Virus record (IMG/VR): IMGVR_UViG_3300005611_000084
Coordinates: 1-37,607 of that record
From: a virus
Lineage: Duplodnaviria; Caudoviricetes
Length of the DNA stretch: 37,607 bases
Direction: 5' to 3' (one strand)
This document shows, one piece after another, positions 9,832-19,696 of this stretch. The translations under genes were made by a program, and so were the position numbers. The notes beneath the pieces are model-generated. The model worked only from the letters and a program-made list of their open reading frames with translations, made no database searches and was not told where the DNA came from. The first letter of the stretch is position 1, and each line of letters opens with the position of its first letter.

Positions 9832-10647
9832 TTATCCTATCATATACGTTACAGGCGTTTCGTATGTGCCTCTTATTTCATCTTCTAGTTTTGTAATCTC
9901 TTGTTCGGCCTGTTGATAGATTTCTACACCATTAAGTGTAACTCCACCGATCATTGTTACACCATTAAATTTTGATAAGTTTGATCCCCATTGTTTTTTA
10001 AACTGTGCTGTTACATATCTTTTTAAAAATATGTCATTATAAACATCTGTCATTGTTGATGGATCTAGTTTTCTAAAACATTCAATAATTAAATATTCAT
10101 TTGCTTGTATATCAAATTTCCAATCCATATCAATATATAAACGATTATTGTATTGATTAAAACGTATTGGTTTTTCTCCTACAAGTATGTGATCTAAAAA
10201 ATCTAAATGCCTCATTACCATATCGTAGTGAATAATTGATGTTGAAGAAAAATCATAAAGGTCATTTAACCTTAATTGGTATCTTACATCAAAAAGATTT
10301 AAATTATGCTTATCTGATAAATTGAAAATTCGTGTAACAGCTAATACAGACTCAGGTACAATAATATAATTATTGGCTTCTTCAAAAGTAGTTGTGACAC
10401 CATTTTTAGTAGCAGATGTAGAAGTATCACCTTCTGGTGATTTCATTCTATCAATGTCAGCTTGAGTAACTTTATATTTTAGATATGCTCGTTCTACACC
10501 ATCATAGTGATATTGAGCAAAATATTGCAACGCTTCATCAATTCTATCTTCTAATTGGTCATCATCTACGTTAATTTCAATGACTGGTTTACCTAGTTTT
10601 CTTAAAGCGTATTGTTTTAATTGTTCTCTACTTGCTGGGTTAGCCAT
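9832..10647 (-). CDS. gp13: Neck protein gp13
   Basis: LRKLGKPVIEINVDDDQLEDRIDEALQYF, KKQWGSNLSKF, GGVTLNG. Confidence 0.96.
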   Translation of the reverse strand: MANPASREQLKQYALRKLGKPVIEINVDDDQLEDRIDEALQYFAQYHYDGVERAYLKYKVTQADIDRMKSPEGDTSTSATKNGVTTTFEEANNYIIVPESVLAVTRIFNLSDKHNLNLFDVRYQLRLNDLYDFSSTSIIHYDMVMRHLDFLDHILVGEKPIRFNQYNNRLYIDMDWKFDIQANEYLIIECFRKLDPSTMTDVYNDIFLKRYVTAQFKKQWGSNLSKFNGVTMIGGVTLNGVEIYQQAEQEITKLEDEIRGTYETPVTYMIG

Positions 10648-10674
10648 CCTTTATCCTTTTTTGGTTACTAGGTA

Positions 10675-10682
10675 TATTTATA
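10675..10682 (-). promoter_or_regulatory. T4-type late promoter for gp13-15
   Basis: Exact TATAAATA, intergenic upstream of gp13. Confidence 0.8.
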
Positions 10683-10693
10683 AGAATATACGA

Positions 10694-11107
10694 TTAACCT
10701 AAAGCGATAGCTTGAGCGATAGCAAATGGTTGAGTTGCAACAGTTTGACCTGAAACTTGTAAAGAACCAGTGACATTAAGTGCTGAACCTTCGATATATG
10801 TTTGTATATCACTTGCAAGTACATATTTTTCTGTACCACCATCTGATATAGCAAATTTATCTCCATCAACTATAGTTGTTCCAGAACCATCTGTTAGTCC
10901 ATCAATGTTTAAAATTGCTTCAACATTACCATATTCTAAAGCAGTTCCACCGCTATTAACTTTTAAAATTTGTCCCGCTGAACCTAATGATGAAAGGCCT
11001 GTTCCGCCATATGTGTAATCTACAAACTCACCTGACTGAAATTCTGCAAGTCCTGTAGCATTACCTTCTCCATCAAATACTGTTCTTATTGGTACTTTTG
11101 CTGCCAT
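10694..11107 (-). CDS. Small fibre/adaptor virion protein
   Basis: N-term paralogous to 11145..12521 (PIR...GGTGLSSLG...GTALEY); ends VATQPFAIAQAIALG. Confidence 0.65.
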   Translation of the reverse strand: MAAKVPIRTVFDGEGNATGLAEFQSGEFVDYTYGGTGLSSLGSAGQILKVNSGGTALEYGNVEAILNIDGLTDGSGTTIVDGDKFAISDGGTEKYVLASDIQTYIEGSALNVTGSLQVSGQTVATQPFAIAQAIALG

Positions 11108-11125
11108 ATATTCTTCTCCTTAATC

Positions 11126-11133
11126 TATTTATA
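11126..11133 (-). promoter_or_regulatory. T4-type late promoter
   Basis: Exact TATAAATA followed by AAGGAG RBS. Confidence 0.8.
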
Positions 11134-11144
11134 ATATTTATTCA

Positions 11145-12521
11145 TTAGAATTGAAATAAAGTAAACTGGGCACTTGAAGCACCAGTTGATAATAAAAATG
11201 TTTGATTTGCCTGAAACACAGTTCCTTGCGATCCTGCACTAAATTTAAATGTTGCAGCTGCTGTACTTAAACCACTTTCTTGTGTAAATAAGTTGACATT
11301 TCTAACTGCTGCACCTGTAACAGCGTCAGCAGAGGCAATATTATCAGCTCCTACTTTAGAACCTTGAGGTAAAGTTGCTCCAGAAGCAGATATAAGAATT
11401 TGACCTGTACCATCACCTGAAATAGTTGCACCTGCAAGGTCAATCGTATTACCAGATAAGTAAATATCTCTCCATCTTCTATTTGGAGAACCTAAGTCAT
11501 AAGTTAATGTTGTTAAAGGTTCTAAATTTGAAACAAATCTAGCATTAACAGTAATAGAATCTTCAGTTGAATCACCAGCGTTAACACCCATAGTGATATT
11601 TCCTCTTAATGTTGAAGAACCAGAAACATCTAAATTACCTGTTGCTGTAACACCACTTGCTCTAATATTTGCGTCTGTTAAAGATAAGTTACCTGTCGTT
11701 GCACCAGTAAATGTACCAGTACCAAAAGTAATTTCATCTTCAGATTCGTCATAACCTATAAATACATTGTTGTCATCACCTCTCTCAATAATAATACCAG
11801 AATCACCTGTTGCCGATCCTGTTCTACCATTTCCTAATTCTAACAATAAATCTTCTACTGTTGTATTTGTAGATGATACAGTTGTTGTTGTACCATTAAC
11901 AGTTAAATTACCTGTTATTGTTAAATCATTTGATACTGTTAAGTCATTACCAATGGTAACATCATTAGGTAATCCTATTGTTAAAGTAGAACCTGAAATA
12001 CTTGTTTCGATTTCATTTGTTGTACCTGATACTGTTAATGTATCAGTTAATAATGAAATATTAGCATTTGTTGAACTGTCATCAGCAAGTGTTAAAGTAG
12101 TTGCAACACTAGCCGAACCAGCCGCTGTAAGTCTACCTTGTTGATCAACTGTAAATGTTGGAATAGATGTAGCAGAACCATAAGAACCTGGTGTTACTGC
12201 TGTATCGTCTAAATCAATTGAAATTTCGTTATCTGATACTGTTGTTGTTATACCTGAAAGTCCTGAAAAGGTAATAGTTTCACCTGTAGAAACAGAGTCG
12301 TTACTACCACTATCAGCTGCGATAGATAATGTTGAAACTACTTGAGCGTATTCTAAAGCAGTTCCTGCTTCATTTGTTCTTAAAAAATATCCAGCAGTAC
12401 CTAAAGATGATAAACCAGTACCACCTGAAGTTACTGGAATTGTATCGCCTGATTGATATTCTGCTATACCAGTGGGAGTTGAACCACTATATACTAATCT
12501 TATTGGTGTTTTATCTGCCAT
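11145..12521 (-). CDS. Tail fibre-like virion protein
   Basis: Thr/Gly/Ser-rich; PGSYGSATSIPTFTVDQQGRLT, GNLTVNGTTTTV and TYDLGSPNRRWRDIYLSG motifs typical of marine phage fibres. Confidence 0.7.
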   Translation of the reverse strand: MADKTPIRLVYSGSTPTGIAEYQSGDTIPVTSGGTGLSSLGTAGYFLRTNEAGTALEYAQVVSTLSIAADSGSNDSVSTGETITFSGLSGITTTVSDNEISIDLDDTAVTPGSYGSATSIPTFTVDQQGRLTAAGSASVATTLTLADDSSTNANISLLTDTLTVSGTTNEIETSISGSTLTIGLPNDVTIGNDLTVSNDLTITGNLTVNGTTTTVSSTNTTVEDLLLELGNGRTGSATGDSGIIIERGDDNNVFIGYDESEDEITFGTGTFTGATTGNLSLTDANIRASGVTATGNLDVSGSSTLRGNITMGVNAGDSTEDSITVNARFVSNLEPLTTLTYDLGSPNRRWRDIYLSGNTIDLAGATISGDGTGQILISASGATLPQGSKVGADNIASADAVTGAAVRNVNLFTQESGLSTAAATFKFSAGSQGTVFQANQTFLLSTGASSAQFTLFQF

Positions 12522-12523
12522 TT

Positions 12524-12973
12524 TTAAAACCTATATGCTGGGTTGTTATCATCAAAAGTTGTATTACTTACAGCTGAAGTAGAAAGACCACCAGTGTTTG
12601 TGTAAACTTCAGCAAATATGTTTCTTTCTGTATTTGCTGCAAAAGCAAACTGTGTATTTGGTGTTGATAATCCTCCAGATGCTGTAAAAATATTAACTTT
12701 TTGTTTTAAATCGTTTGTAAAAAATATATCTTTAAAAGATTTTACTAAAGTACCTAAGTCGTATGTTACATCTGTTGATGGTACAATATTACTTCCAACA
12801 CTTGTTAAATCAGTTGTTGAAGCGTTTGCAATCTCAACAATACTATCACCACTATCTCTAACGTAAATTTTTTGATCAGCAGTGTTAATAGCAACTTCAC
12901 CTACAGCTAAATCACTTGTTGTAGGTACGGAACTTGCCGTTTCACTTCTTTTTAATTTAATTACAGTTGCCAT
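12524..12973 (-). CDS. Short fibre/adaptor with Mtd-N-like N-terminal domain
   Basis: MATVIKLKRS..PTTSDLAVGEVAINTADQKIY; TYDLG motif. Confidence 0.65.
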   Translation of the reverse strand: MATVIKLKRSETASSVPTTSDLAVGEVAINTADQKIYVRDSGDSIVEIANASTTDLTSVGSNIVPSTDVTYDLGTLVKSFKDIFFTNDLKQKVNIFTASGGLSTPNTQFAFAANTERNIFAEVYTNTGGLSTSAVSNTTFDDNNPAYRF

Positions 12974-12989
12974 TATAGTCTCCTAATTA

Positions 12990-14954
12990 TTAACTATATG
13001 TTCCACCATCTATTTCTGAAACTGTTACAACACCTGTGCTTACTGTAAAGTTATCTGAACTAAATGAAGCAACACCTTTGTTTGAAGTAGTTGCTAATTC
13101 AGCTGTTACTGTCAATGTATTTGAAGAAATTGAAGTATCAATACCTTCTCCACCAGTAATTACTAAAGTTTCTCCTAGATTAATGGCGTCTGAAGTAGAA
13201 CTTTCATCTCTAATAGTAAATGAACTATTTGCTAACTCGGCATTTGAAATTTCACCGTTTGCAAGTGTAACTGATTTACCAGATAAATCTAACGTAGAAG
13301 CAAGTTTAGCTGCTGTTACGTTTGCGTCTGTAATTTTAATTGTTGTTACAGCATTAGTTGCTAATTGAGTTGCAGTAATACCAGCGTCTTTAACTTGTAA
13401 TGCGTCTGAAGAAACTTCAATAGTTGAGTCGTCAACAGCAACATCTAACTGATTACCAGTTTTTGTTAAAGCGTCCCCAGCACTAATTTGACCAGCACCA
13501 GAGAATTGAGAGAAAGTAATGTTAGTTGTACCAAATGTTGGTGTACCATTGTGAGTTGCAACATAACCGTTGTCAGCATTAGTAGAACCAGCCTCTACAA
13601 AGAAGAAAGTACCACCAGTTAATTCTGCAGCTGTATCGGCATCAGGTGCTCTTGTTAATACATAAGCAGTTGAACCATCTCCAACAGTTGTTACTGTATA
13701 GATACCATTTTCAACTGGATCAGTTTGATCTTTTAACAATACTCTATCACTTACTGATGGAGTTACTCCGTCAATAGATATAGCACCATTTGAACCAGCA
13801 GTAATTGTTCCTGCACCGTTATTGTAAGTACCAGCAACATTTGCTGTTGAAGCAAGTGAAACTGATTCTTTTACATCTAATCCGTTTGCAACACCATCAA
13901 CGTATGCTTTTGTAGCAGCGTCTTGTGCTGAACTTGGATCAGAAACGTTTGTAATTCTACTTGAATTAACATCAACTGTACCAGAACCTTTAGGGTCTAA
14001 TATAATATCAATGTTTGTATCAGAACCAGATGAAGCAATTGTAACACCGTTACCAGCGTCAGCATTTGAAACTTCAAATTGGTTAACAGCAGAAGCCGTT
14101 GTATTAAAGATAATTTGTTCGTTACCATTTGCGTCAGCAATAAATCCTGCGTCAGCAATTTTAGGTGCTGTTAAAGTTTTGTTTGATAATGTTTGAGTGC
14201 CTGTTGTAGTTACAAATGTACTTGGTAAAGTTACAGTATTAGAAGATAAATCTAATGTTGTTGCCAATTTAGCAACTGTAACAGCATTATCATTAATTTT
14301 AGCAGTTGTAACAGCACTATCTGCCAATTGAGTAGTGTCAACACCACTATTAGAAATAGCAATTGTTATAGCGTCATCACTAACTGATGTATCAATACCT
14401 GTACCGCCAGTAAATGTTAACGTTGCACCAGTCGAAAAAGTATCGTTGGAACCACTGTCAGCAGAAAGTGTAAATGAACTTGAAGCAGGAGCTTGAAAAG
14501 TTAAATTACCAGAACCATCAGTAGTTAAAATATGGCCGTTTGATCCATCACTACCTGGTAGAGTATATGTAATATCTGAAGCAACACTATTAGGTGCTTT
14601 TAAGGCAACAAAATGTGCACCATTATTAGTTCCTTCATTAAATTTAATTGTTCCACCAACTGTTGTAGAATTACCTACGTTAAGTGTGTTAATTGCGTTG
14701 TTTGAATCTGTTATTAGAGCTGATGAAGCTGTGAGTGTACCTGGTGTGTGGTCTAATTTACTTGTAAAATATACACCACCAATTACTTCTATATCGGCTG
14801 CTACACCCTCTGTTTCTGTTCCTGTACCAATGTAAAGCCTATCACCACCATTTGATCCATTATCTGCTAAATATGAATAGGCGAGTTCCCCTTGGGCTAG
14901 TTCAGACGGCGATCCTGCGACACCTGAACGTTTAATCTGTATTACTGTTGCCAT
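12990..14954 (-). CDS. Tail fibre protein (Mtd-N-like N-terminus, YadA-neck-like motif)
   Basis: MATVIQIKRS..ELAQGELAY; RITNVSDPSSAQDAATKAYVD; DRVLLKDQT..ENGIY; AVTTAKI repeats; ends IDGGTYS. Confidence 0.75.
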   Translation of the reverse strand: MATVIQIKRSGVAGSPSELAQGELAYSYLADNGSNGGDRLYIGTGTETEGVAADIEVIGGVYFTSKLDHTPGTLTASSALITDSNNAINTLNVGNSTTVGGTIKFNEGTNNGAHFVALKAPNSVASDITYTLPGSDGSNGHILTTDGSGNLTFQAPASSSFTLSADSGSNDTFSTGATLTFTGGTGIDTSVSDDAITIAISNSGVDTTQLADSAVTTAKINDNAVTVAKLATTLDLSSNTVTLPSTFVTTTGTQTLSNKTLTAPKIADAGFIADANGNEQIIFNTTASAVNQFEVSNADAGNGVTIASSGSDTNIDIILDPKGSGTVDVNSSRITNVSDPSSAQDAATKAYVDGVANGLDVKESVSLASTANVAGTYNNGAGTITAGSNGAISIDGVTPSVSDRVLLKDQTDPVENGIYTVTTVGDGSTAYVLTRAPDADTAAELTGGTFFFVEAGSTNADNGYVATHNGTPTFGTTNITFSQFSGAGQISAGDALTKTGNQLDVAVDDSTIEVSSDALQVKDAGITATQLATNAVTTIKITDANVTAAKLASTLDLSGKSVTLANGEISNAELANSSFTIRDESSTSDAINLGETLVITGGEGIDTSISSNTLTVTAELATTSNKGVASFSSDNFTVSTGVVTVSEIDGGTYS

Positions 14955-14964
14955 TTAAATTCTC

Positions 14965-15195
14965 CTAAAAGTTACCGCCATTAAACTTTAAAGTTCCTGT
15001 GGTAGTTTCTAATTCGTTTCTTGTTATAAACTTGTCTGTTGAAGCATCATATTGAATTAAAGCACCGTCAGTAAGAGTAGAGGCATTTACATCTGATAAA
15101 AGACGTAGTTTTTGACTAGCAGAAACACTAGGTACTGTTACTGATACTTGTTGAGCACCTGCATTATTTTTATTAATTCTTGCTGTTATTGCCAT
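14965..15195 (-). CDS. Small fibre adaptor protein
   Basis: LSDVN..LTDGALIQYD..KF fibre repeat; ends NGGNF. Confidence 0.6.
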   Translation of the reverse strand: MAITARINKNNAGAQQVSVTVPSVSASQKLRLLSDVNASTLTDGALIQYDASTDKFITRNELETTTGTLKFNGGNF

Positions 15196-15210
15196 TAATC
15201 TCTCTCTTAT

Positions 15211-15229
15211 TATTTATAATATATTTATA
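15211..15229 (-). promoter_or_regulatory. Two tandem T4-type late promoters
   Basis: TATAAATA at 15211-15218 and 15222-15229. Confidence 0.75.
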
Positions 15230-15262
15230 AAAATAGTGTACTATATAAAAAAAGAAATATTA

Positions 15263-15613
15263 TTAAGGAGTATTTAAAACGTTAGGTGTAACTGTAATTA
15301 TACCTTCAATCACACGAGTAATTGTACTATCGGCAGTATTTGTTATTTCCACATCATAAACGTACCTGGCAGGTGCGTCTAATTGTAAAGTTTGATCAGC
15401 AGTAAGTGAAAGTGTAACAATGCCTGTGGTAGGATCAGCATTTACAGTTGCTGTAATTATTTGTCTTGTTTGAGTTGCTTGATAACCTTTAGCCATCGCT
15501 GCACCAGCAGTATAACCAGTTAAATTAAATGCGTCACCATTTACATCTTTAACAGTTATGTCTGTACTAAAAGTAGCACCTTGATCAATTATCAGATTTG
15601 CTATCGCTGCCAT
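15263..15613 (-). CDS. Conserved virion protein (BppU-N/Ig-like fibre-attachment domain)
   Basis: NLIIDQGATF..FNLTGYT..LSLTADQT..RYVYDVEI..RVIEGIITVTP. Confidence 0.65.
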   Translation of the reverse strand: MAAIANLIIDQGATFSTDITVKDVNGDAFNLTGYTAGAAMAKGYQATQTRQIITATVNADPTTGIVTLSLTADQTLQLDAPARYVYDVEITNTADSTITRVIEGIITVTPNVLNTP

Positions 15614-15815
15614 TAATTTTATCTATTCCTTCTTTTATTTTTTTATTATAATAATCAGTCAATACTGTAATTTTTTCTAATTCTACTTCGTGTCTAGCTT
15701 TTGATGTTTGTATTTCTTGTCTAGCAATAATAGAATTTCTTATATCCAATGGTAATGAGTCAAAATCGTAATCTTTACCATCAATTGTTACTTGTTTTTT
15801 AGTTGTTTCACTCAT
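15585..15815 (-). CDS. Hypothetical coiled-coil protein (possible fibre chaperone)
   Basis: VTIDGKDYDFDSL followed by a helical segment; GGGTGA RBS-like site. Confidence 0.55.
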   Translation of the reverse strand: MSETTKKQVTIDGKDYDFDSLPLDIRNSIIARQEIQTSKARHEVELEKITVLTDYYNKKIKEGIDKINGSDSKSDN

Positions 15816-15855
15816 AATTTATTCACCCTTTGTTATATTTATGTTTATATTTATG

Positions 15856-16968
15856 TTAATTTACGTAATCGTGCCACATTTTAACACCCCAAGTTGGCCA
15901 TTGTGCATATTGTTTACTATATCCTGGGTTTCTACCTGCATTTTCTGAATAATTTTTACTTAATTCTAAAAAATTTAACATATCTTCATTTTTGTTATTA
16001 TTGTATAATTCTTTTGCATATGACCAAAAATTTGTATTATAGATTGAACCTGTAGCATAATGAAGTAAAATAAAATTTTGAATTTTGTACATATAATTTT
16101 TTATACTGTCATTTGCTTGTTGTTTATTATATTTACCTAAAAATAACCAATCAAACAGACTTCTACAAACTTCAACATATGAAGAAATAGCAGTTGCTTC
16201 TAATGGTTCTAAAAAGAAAAGTTTATTACCATTAAAACAAACTCTACCATTATCTGATATAGGTTCTTTAGCAAGATATTGATTAAAAGAAAAATGTTGG
16301 TTTACTTTTTGTACACCAAATATATCTTTAAAATTTTTTTCTGCTTGATCTATTGAAGTAATTTTAGAATTAAAGTTGTAACCTAATGAAACTCTATCTT
16401 TCAAAGGTATTTGAAAACACCAGCCATCAGGTGTAGCTGTTGTTTTTGTATATTCATAACTATCATATGGTAAACTTCCTAATAAAACATAATTTAATGG
16501 ATTTACTAAAGTTTCATAATTTTTAAAATCTTTTGGTGTACCTGTACAATCAACTATAAAGTCACTATCAATGTCATTATAATTTTTTAATCCTGTGTCT
16601 GTTATTTTAACATTTTTAACATTATCTAAAACAAATTTTTGAAATTCAGCAGGATTTTGATGATAAGCATATTGACCAAAAGGAAACATATGATAAAAGT
16701 TTTTTTGTTTCTTACCCCAATTTTCATAGAGTATTCCGTGTTTAACTGTAAATGAAAATGATTTTTCAGATAAAATATTAATTCCTAAACTTCTATAGAC
16801 AAGCTCAGATACTACTAAATTTGTTCCTTGTCCCACAGGAACAGGATCAATATTTTTATCGTAGATTAATTCTAATTCTAATTTTTCGTTTATAAAGTTT
16901 TGATAATAATAAAAATGTAATAACGAAACGCAACCAGCATTACCAGCACCTAATATAGTTATCTTCAT
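15856..16968 (-). CDS. Flavin-dependent halogenase-like protein (tryptophan halogenase family)
   Basis: GAGNAG FAD motif, VGQGT, VKHGILYENW (catalytic Lys position), VDCTG, GWCFQIPL, FLEPLEAT. Confidence 0.85.
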   Translation of the reverse strand: MKITILGAGNAGCVSLLHFYYYQNFINEKLELELIYDKNIDPVPVGQGTNLVVSELVYRSLGINILSEKSFSFTVKHGILYENWGKKQKNFYHMFPFGQYAYHQNPAEFQKFVLDNVKNVKITDTGLKNYNDIDSDFIVDCTGTPKDFKNYETLVNPLNYVLLGSLPYDSYEYTKTTATPDGWCFQIPLKDRVSLGYNFNSKITSIDQAEKNFKDIFGVQKVNQHFSFNQYLAKEPISDNGRVCFNGNKLFFLEPLEATAISSYVEVCRSLFDWLFLGKYNKQQANDSIKNYMYKIQNFILLHYATGSIYNTNFWSYAKELYNNNKNEDMLNFLELSKNYSENAGRNPGYSKQYAQWPTWGVKMWHDYVN

Positions 16969-16987
16969 AGTGCTATATATAATTAAT

Positions 16988-17572
16988 TTATTGCATATCC
17001 ATATATTGAAAATGTAAAGATAAACACACCATAAATTCTTTGTGTATGTTAGGAGTAATATATCTATTTAAATGTGAAGAAAACATATAAATTCTATTTT
17101 TTGTTAATTTATAATCTATTCTTTTATGTCTATGTCTTCCATCATCATATTCAAAAATTAAACTACTTGGTTCATCTTCATTTACGAATAAAGGTAATAA
17201 AACATCTACATCTGGTGAATCTGCTAAATGCCAATCTTTAACATTATGGTGTGTATTAATACTATCACCATATTCTAAAATAATACCTCTAATTGGATCT
17301 TTGTTTGCAGGAACTACGTTTCTATTATGTTGAAGTCTATAATGATCAGTTATCCATTCTTGTATCCATTGAATATGTTTGTGCCAACCAATTTTATAGT
17401 ATTCGTTCATATACCAATATTGATTATCGGCATATCTATTTTGTTCTTTATAGTACGATAAAATGTGTTGACCTACGGTATTGAATTTTACTTTTGAAGC
17501 GCTATCAACAAACGTGTCAATAACAAAAGACTCGCTAAGTATGTGTTTTGAAAGGTTTGATAATCTAGTCAT
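16988..17572 (-). CDS. Divergent 2OG-Fe(II) oxygenase-like protein
   Basis: SINTHHN, LIFEYDDGRH and IYMFSSHLNRYITPN fit a double-stranded beta-helix pattern with an altered distal His. Confidence 0.5.
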   Translation of the reverse strand: MTRLSNLSKHILSESFVIDTFVDSASKVKFNTVGQHILSYYKEQNRYADNQYWYMNEYYKIGWHKHIQWIQEWITDHYRLQHNRNVVPANKDPIRGIILEYGDSINTHHNVKDWHLADSPDVDVLLPLFVNEDEPSSLIFEYDDGRHRHKRIDYKLTKNRIYMFSSHLNRYITPNIHKEFMVCLSLHFQYMDMQ

Positions 17573-17608
17573 TTAAAATAATATAAAAAAATTTATATAA
17601 AATAATTA

Positions 17609-18151
17609 TTAAAGAGCAACCCAAGTTTCTGTGTCGTTATCCCAATAATGAGTAAGTGTTTCTCTATCTACTTGACCTGTACCAGCCCATCTCGCATTTG
17701 TATCATCCCAAACACAGTTAATATCTTCACCGCCAGGTCCAGCACCTCGTACTTGTGCAACAGTTGGTCTTGTTTTTCCAGCAGGTGGTTCATATCTACC
17801 TGTATCGTAATTTAAAACCCAAGTTGAATAACCAAGTGGTTGAGACTCAACAAAAATTTGTCTTACGTCATCCCATATCATTCCAATACCTGCATAATTA
17901 AGTCTGAATGCTTTTGTTTGATCAGCGGATAAACTTTTAGTTCCATCTTCATTATAAGTATAATGCTTACCCATTTTTGTACCTATAGAAGTTTTAACCC
18001 ACATTTCTCTAGGCCATCCGTGTAGTCTTTCTAAAAACTCTTGGCCTACTGCTTCGTCTTCTATTCCGTCAGCATTTAAGCAATCAGAATCTTTAACAAC
18101 GTGAACATTTAAAACTTTTCCGTTCATTCCTATTTTTGCAAAATGTGCCAT
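17609..18151 (-). CDS. Partner of the Gly-rich fibre (putative assembly chaperone or tip protein)
   Basis: MAHFAK..V.NVHVV, WVKTS, RLNYAGIG..WD, WDD...W; lies directly downstream of the Gly-rich fibre. Confidence 0.65.
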   Translation of the reverse strand: MAHFAKIGMNGKVLNVHVVKDSDCLNADGIEDEAVGQEFLERLHGWPREMWVKTSIGTKMGKHYTYNEDGTKSLSADQTKAFRLNYAGIGMIWDDVRQIFVESQPLGYSTWVLNYDTGRYEPPAGKTRPTVAQVRGAGPGGEDINCVWDDTNARWAGTGQVDRETLTHYWDNDTETWVAL

Positions 18152-18167
18152 TTAATTATTATCTCCC

Positions 18168-19673
18168 TTATTGATACTTATATCTTAAAATTACTATTCC
18201 ACTACCACCAGTACCACCGTTACCCGTTGTCGGAGCACCGCCTCCGCCAGAACCAGTATTAGCTGAAGCATTTTGGTTTCCACCACCAGGACCTGCAGTA
18301 GCACCGCCACCAGGACCAGGACCAGGGCCTTGCCAGCCTCCGCCGCCTCCGCCTCCACCAGCGTATTGTGTTGAAGTTCCAGTAATTGCTGAAGCAAGAG
18401 CAGCACCGCCTGTACTACCAGAACCAGCACCTCCTGCACCACCACCGCCTCCAGCAGTGTGACCACATCCAGGAATTCCTCCTGATGAAGCACCCGATGG
18501 ATTACCTTGAGGTGGACTTACAGGTGGTGTATTACCTGCTCTAATATAACTAGGACCACCAGGACCACCAGAGTTTGCACCTCCAGCTGATCCTCCAGCC
18601 TGATTATAACCTCCACCACCAGCAGAAGTTATTGTGTAAAAAATTGATGGTGAACCTGGAGAAGATGTTCCTGGAGCGCCTCCTCCACCTACAGATATAG
18701 GAAAATTACCACCTGGTGTTGCAACACCAGTACTTGAATTTAATGGACTTGCAGTCCAACAACCTGCCTCGCCTGATTTACCTTCTCGGAAACCACCACC
18801 ACCTCCGCCTCCAGCAGAGTTAGTAGTAAACGGACCAATGTCAGCAGAACCACCGCCACCAAGTACGAAATAGTCAACTTTATTTGGACCACCACAGCAT
18901 CCTGCTTGAACACCCTCGGCATTAACTGTAAAGCATCCGTCAGCAGTAAAAGTATGAATTTTGAAATCACCAGATGTTGCTTCTGACCCACCTGAAGCGG
19001 CCATTAGTTGTGCATTTGGTGTTGTAACACCGCCACTTGTATTTGAATTAGCTGATGAAGCAATTGCGTTTGTAGCAGTCATTGTAAATGTATATGATGT
19101 GTTAATAGTTAAACCTGTAACTGATATTGTTCTTGTAGAACCGTCTTCAGCAAGTGTTCCTGTACCACCTGCAGGTGATGAAACAGCACTATATGAAGTA
19201 ACTGGTGAACCACCATCATCAGCAGGTGCTGTAAAAGTAATATTAACAGCAGTTGCACCATTTAGTGATACACCTGTAATTGTTGGGGCACCTGGACCTC
19301 CAATAACACCTAGTTCACCTTCAAATGTAGCAGATGATAATAACCATCCTCTTGTTTCACCTGAATATGTGTAAATGATAGATTGTTTATCACTTCTCAT
19401 CAACTGTGTAGTTGTTCTACCTAAAATCTTTTTACCGTTTGGATTTACTGATATGTTATTTGTGCTTGCTGTACTAGCATAGTCAGCTATAGCAATTTGA
19501 TCTCCAACTTTTGGAGAAGCAGGAAACGTAACTGTGTGAGCAAATGATGTTGTGTCAACAAAATAACCTTGTCCAGCGACAGCTGTTGTTACAGTTGATC
19601 CGTCAGCAGTTATAACAGGTTGCCAAGAAAGAGCACCTTTTGAATTTCCTCGATTTCTTTTTATAATTCCCAT
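18168..19673 (-). CDS. Glycine-rich receptor-binding/tail fibre protein with an FN3 domain
   Basis: N-term GYFVDTT..TVTFPASPKVGD domain; FN3 (PGAPT..FTAPADDGGSPVTSY..GLT..YTF); polyglycine repeats; ends GGSGIVILRYKYQ. Confidence 0.8.
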   Translation of the reverse strand: MGIIKRNRGNSKGALSWQPVITADGSTVTTAVAGQGYFVDTTSFAHTVTFPASPKVGDQIAIADYASTASTNNISVNPNGKKILGRTTTQLMRSDKQSIIYTYSGETRGWLLSSATFEGELGVIGGPGAPTITGVSLNGATAVNITFTAPADDGGSPVTSYSAVSSPAGGTGTLAEDGSTRTISVTGLTINTSYTFTMTATNAIASSANSNTSGGVTTPNAQLMAASGGSEATSGDFKIHTFTADGCFTVNAEGVQAGCCGGPNKVDYFVLGGGGSADIGPFTTNSAGGGGGGGFREGKSGEAGCWTASPLNSSTGVATPGGNFPISVGGGGAPGTSSPGSPSIFYTITSAGGGGYNQAGGSAGGANSGGPGGPSYIRAGNTPPVSPPQGNPSGASSGGIPGCGHTAGGGGGAGGAGSGSTGGAALASAITGTSTQYAGGGGGGGGWQGPGPGPGGGATAGPGGGNQNASANTGSGGGGAPTTGNGGTGGSGIVILRYKYQ

Positions 19674-19696
19674 TTTCTATCCTCTATCTCTATTTA

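Noticed and set aside
18194-18991. Two alternative-frame minus-strand ORFs in the Gly-rich gene, suggesting a programmed frameshift
   Set aside because: Val/Glu/Leu-rich translations are the expected frame shift of GGT/GGA/GCT codons; no slippery site noticed and the main frame is intact.
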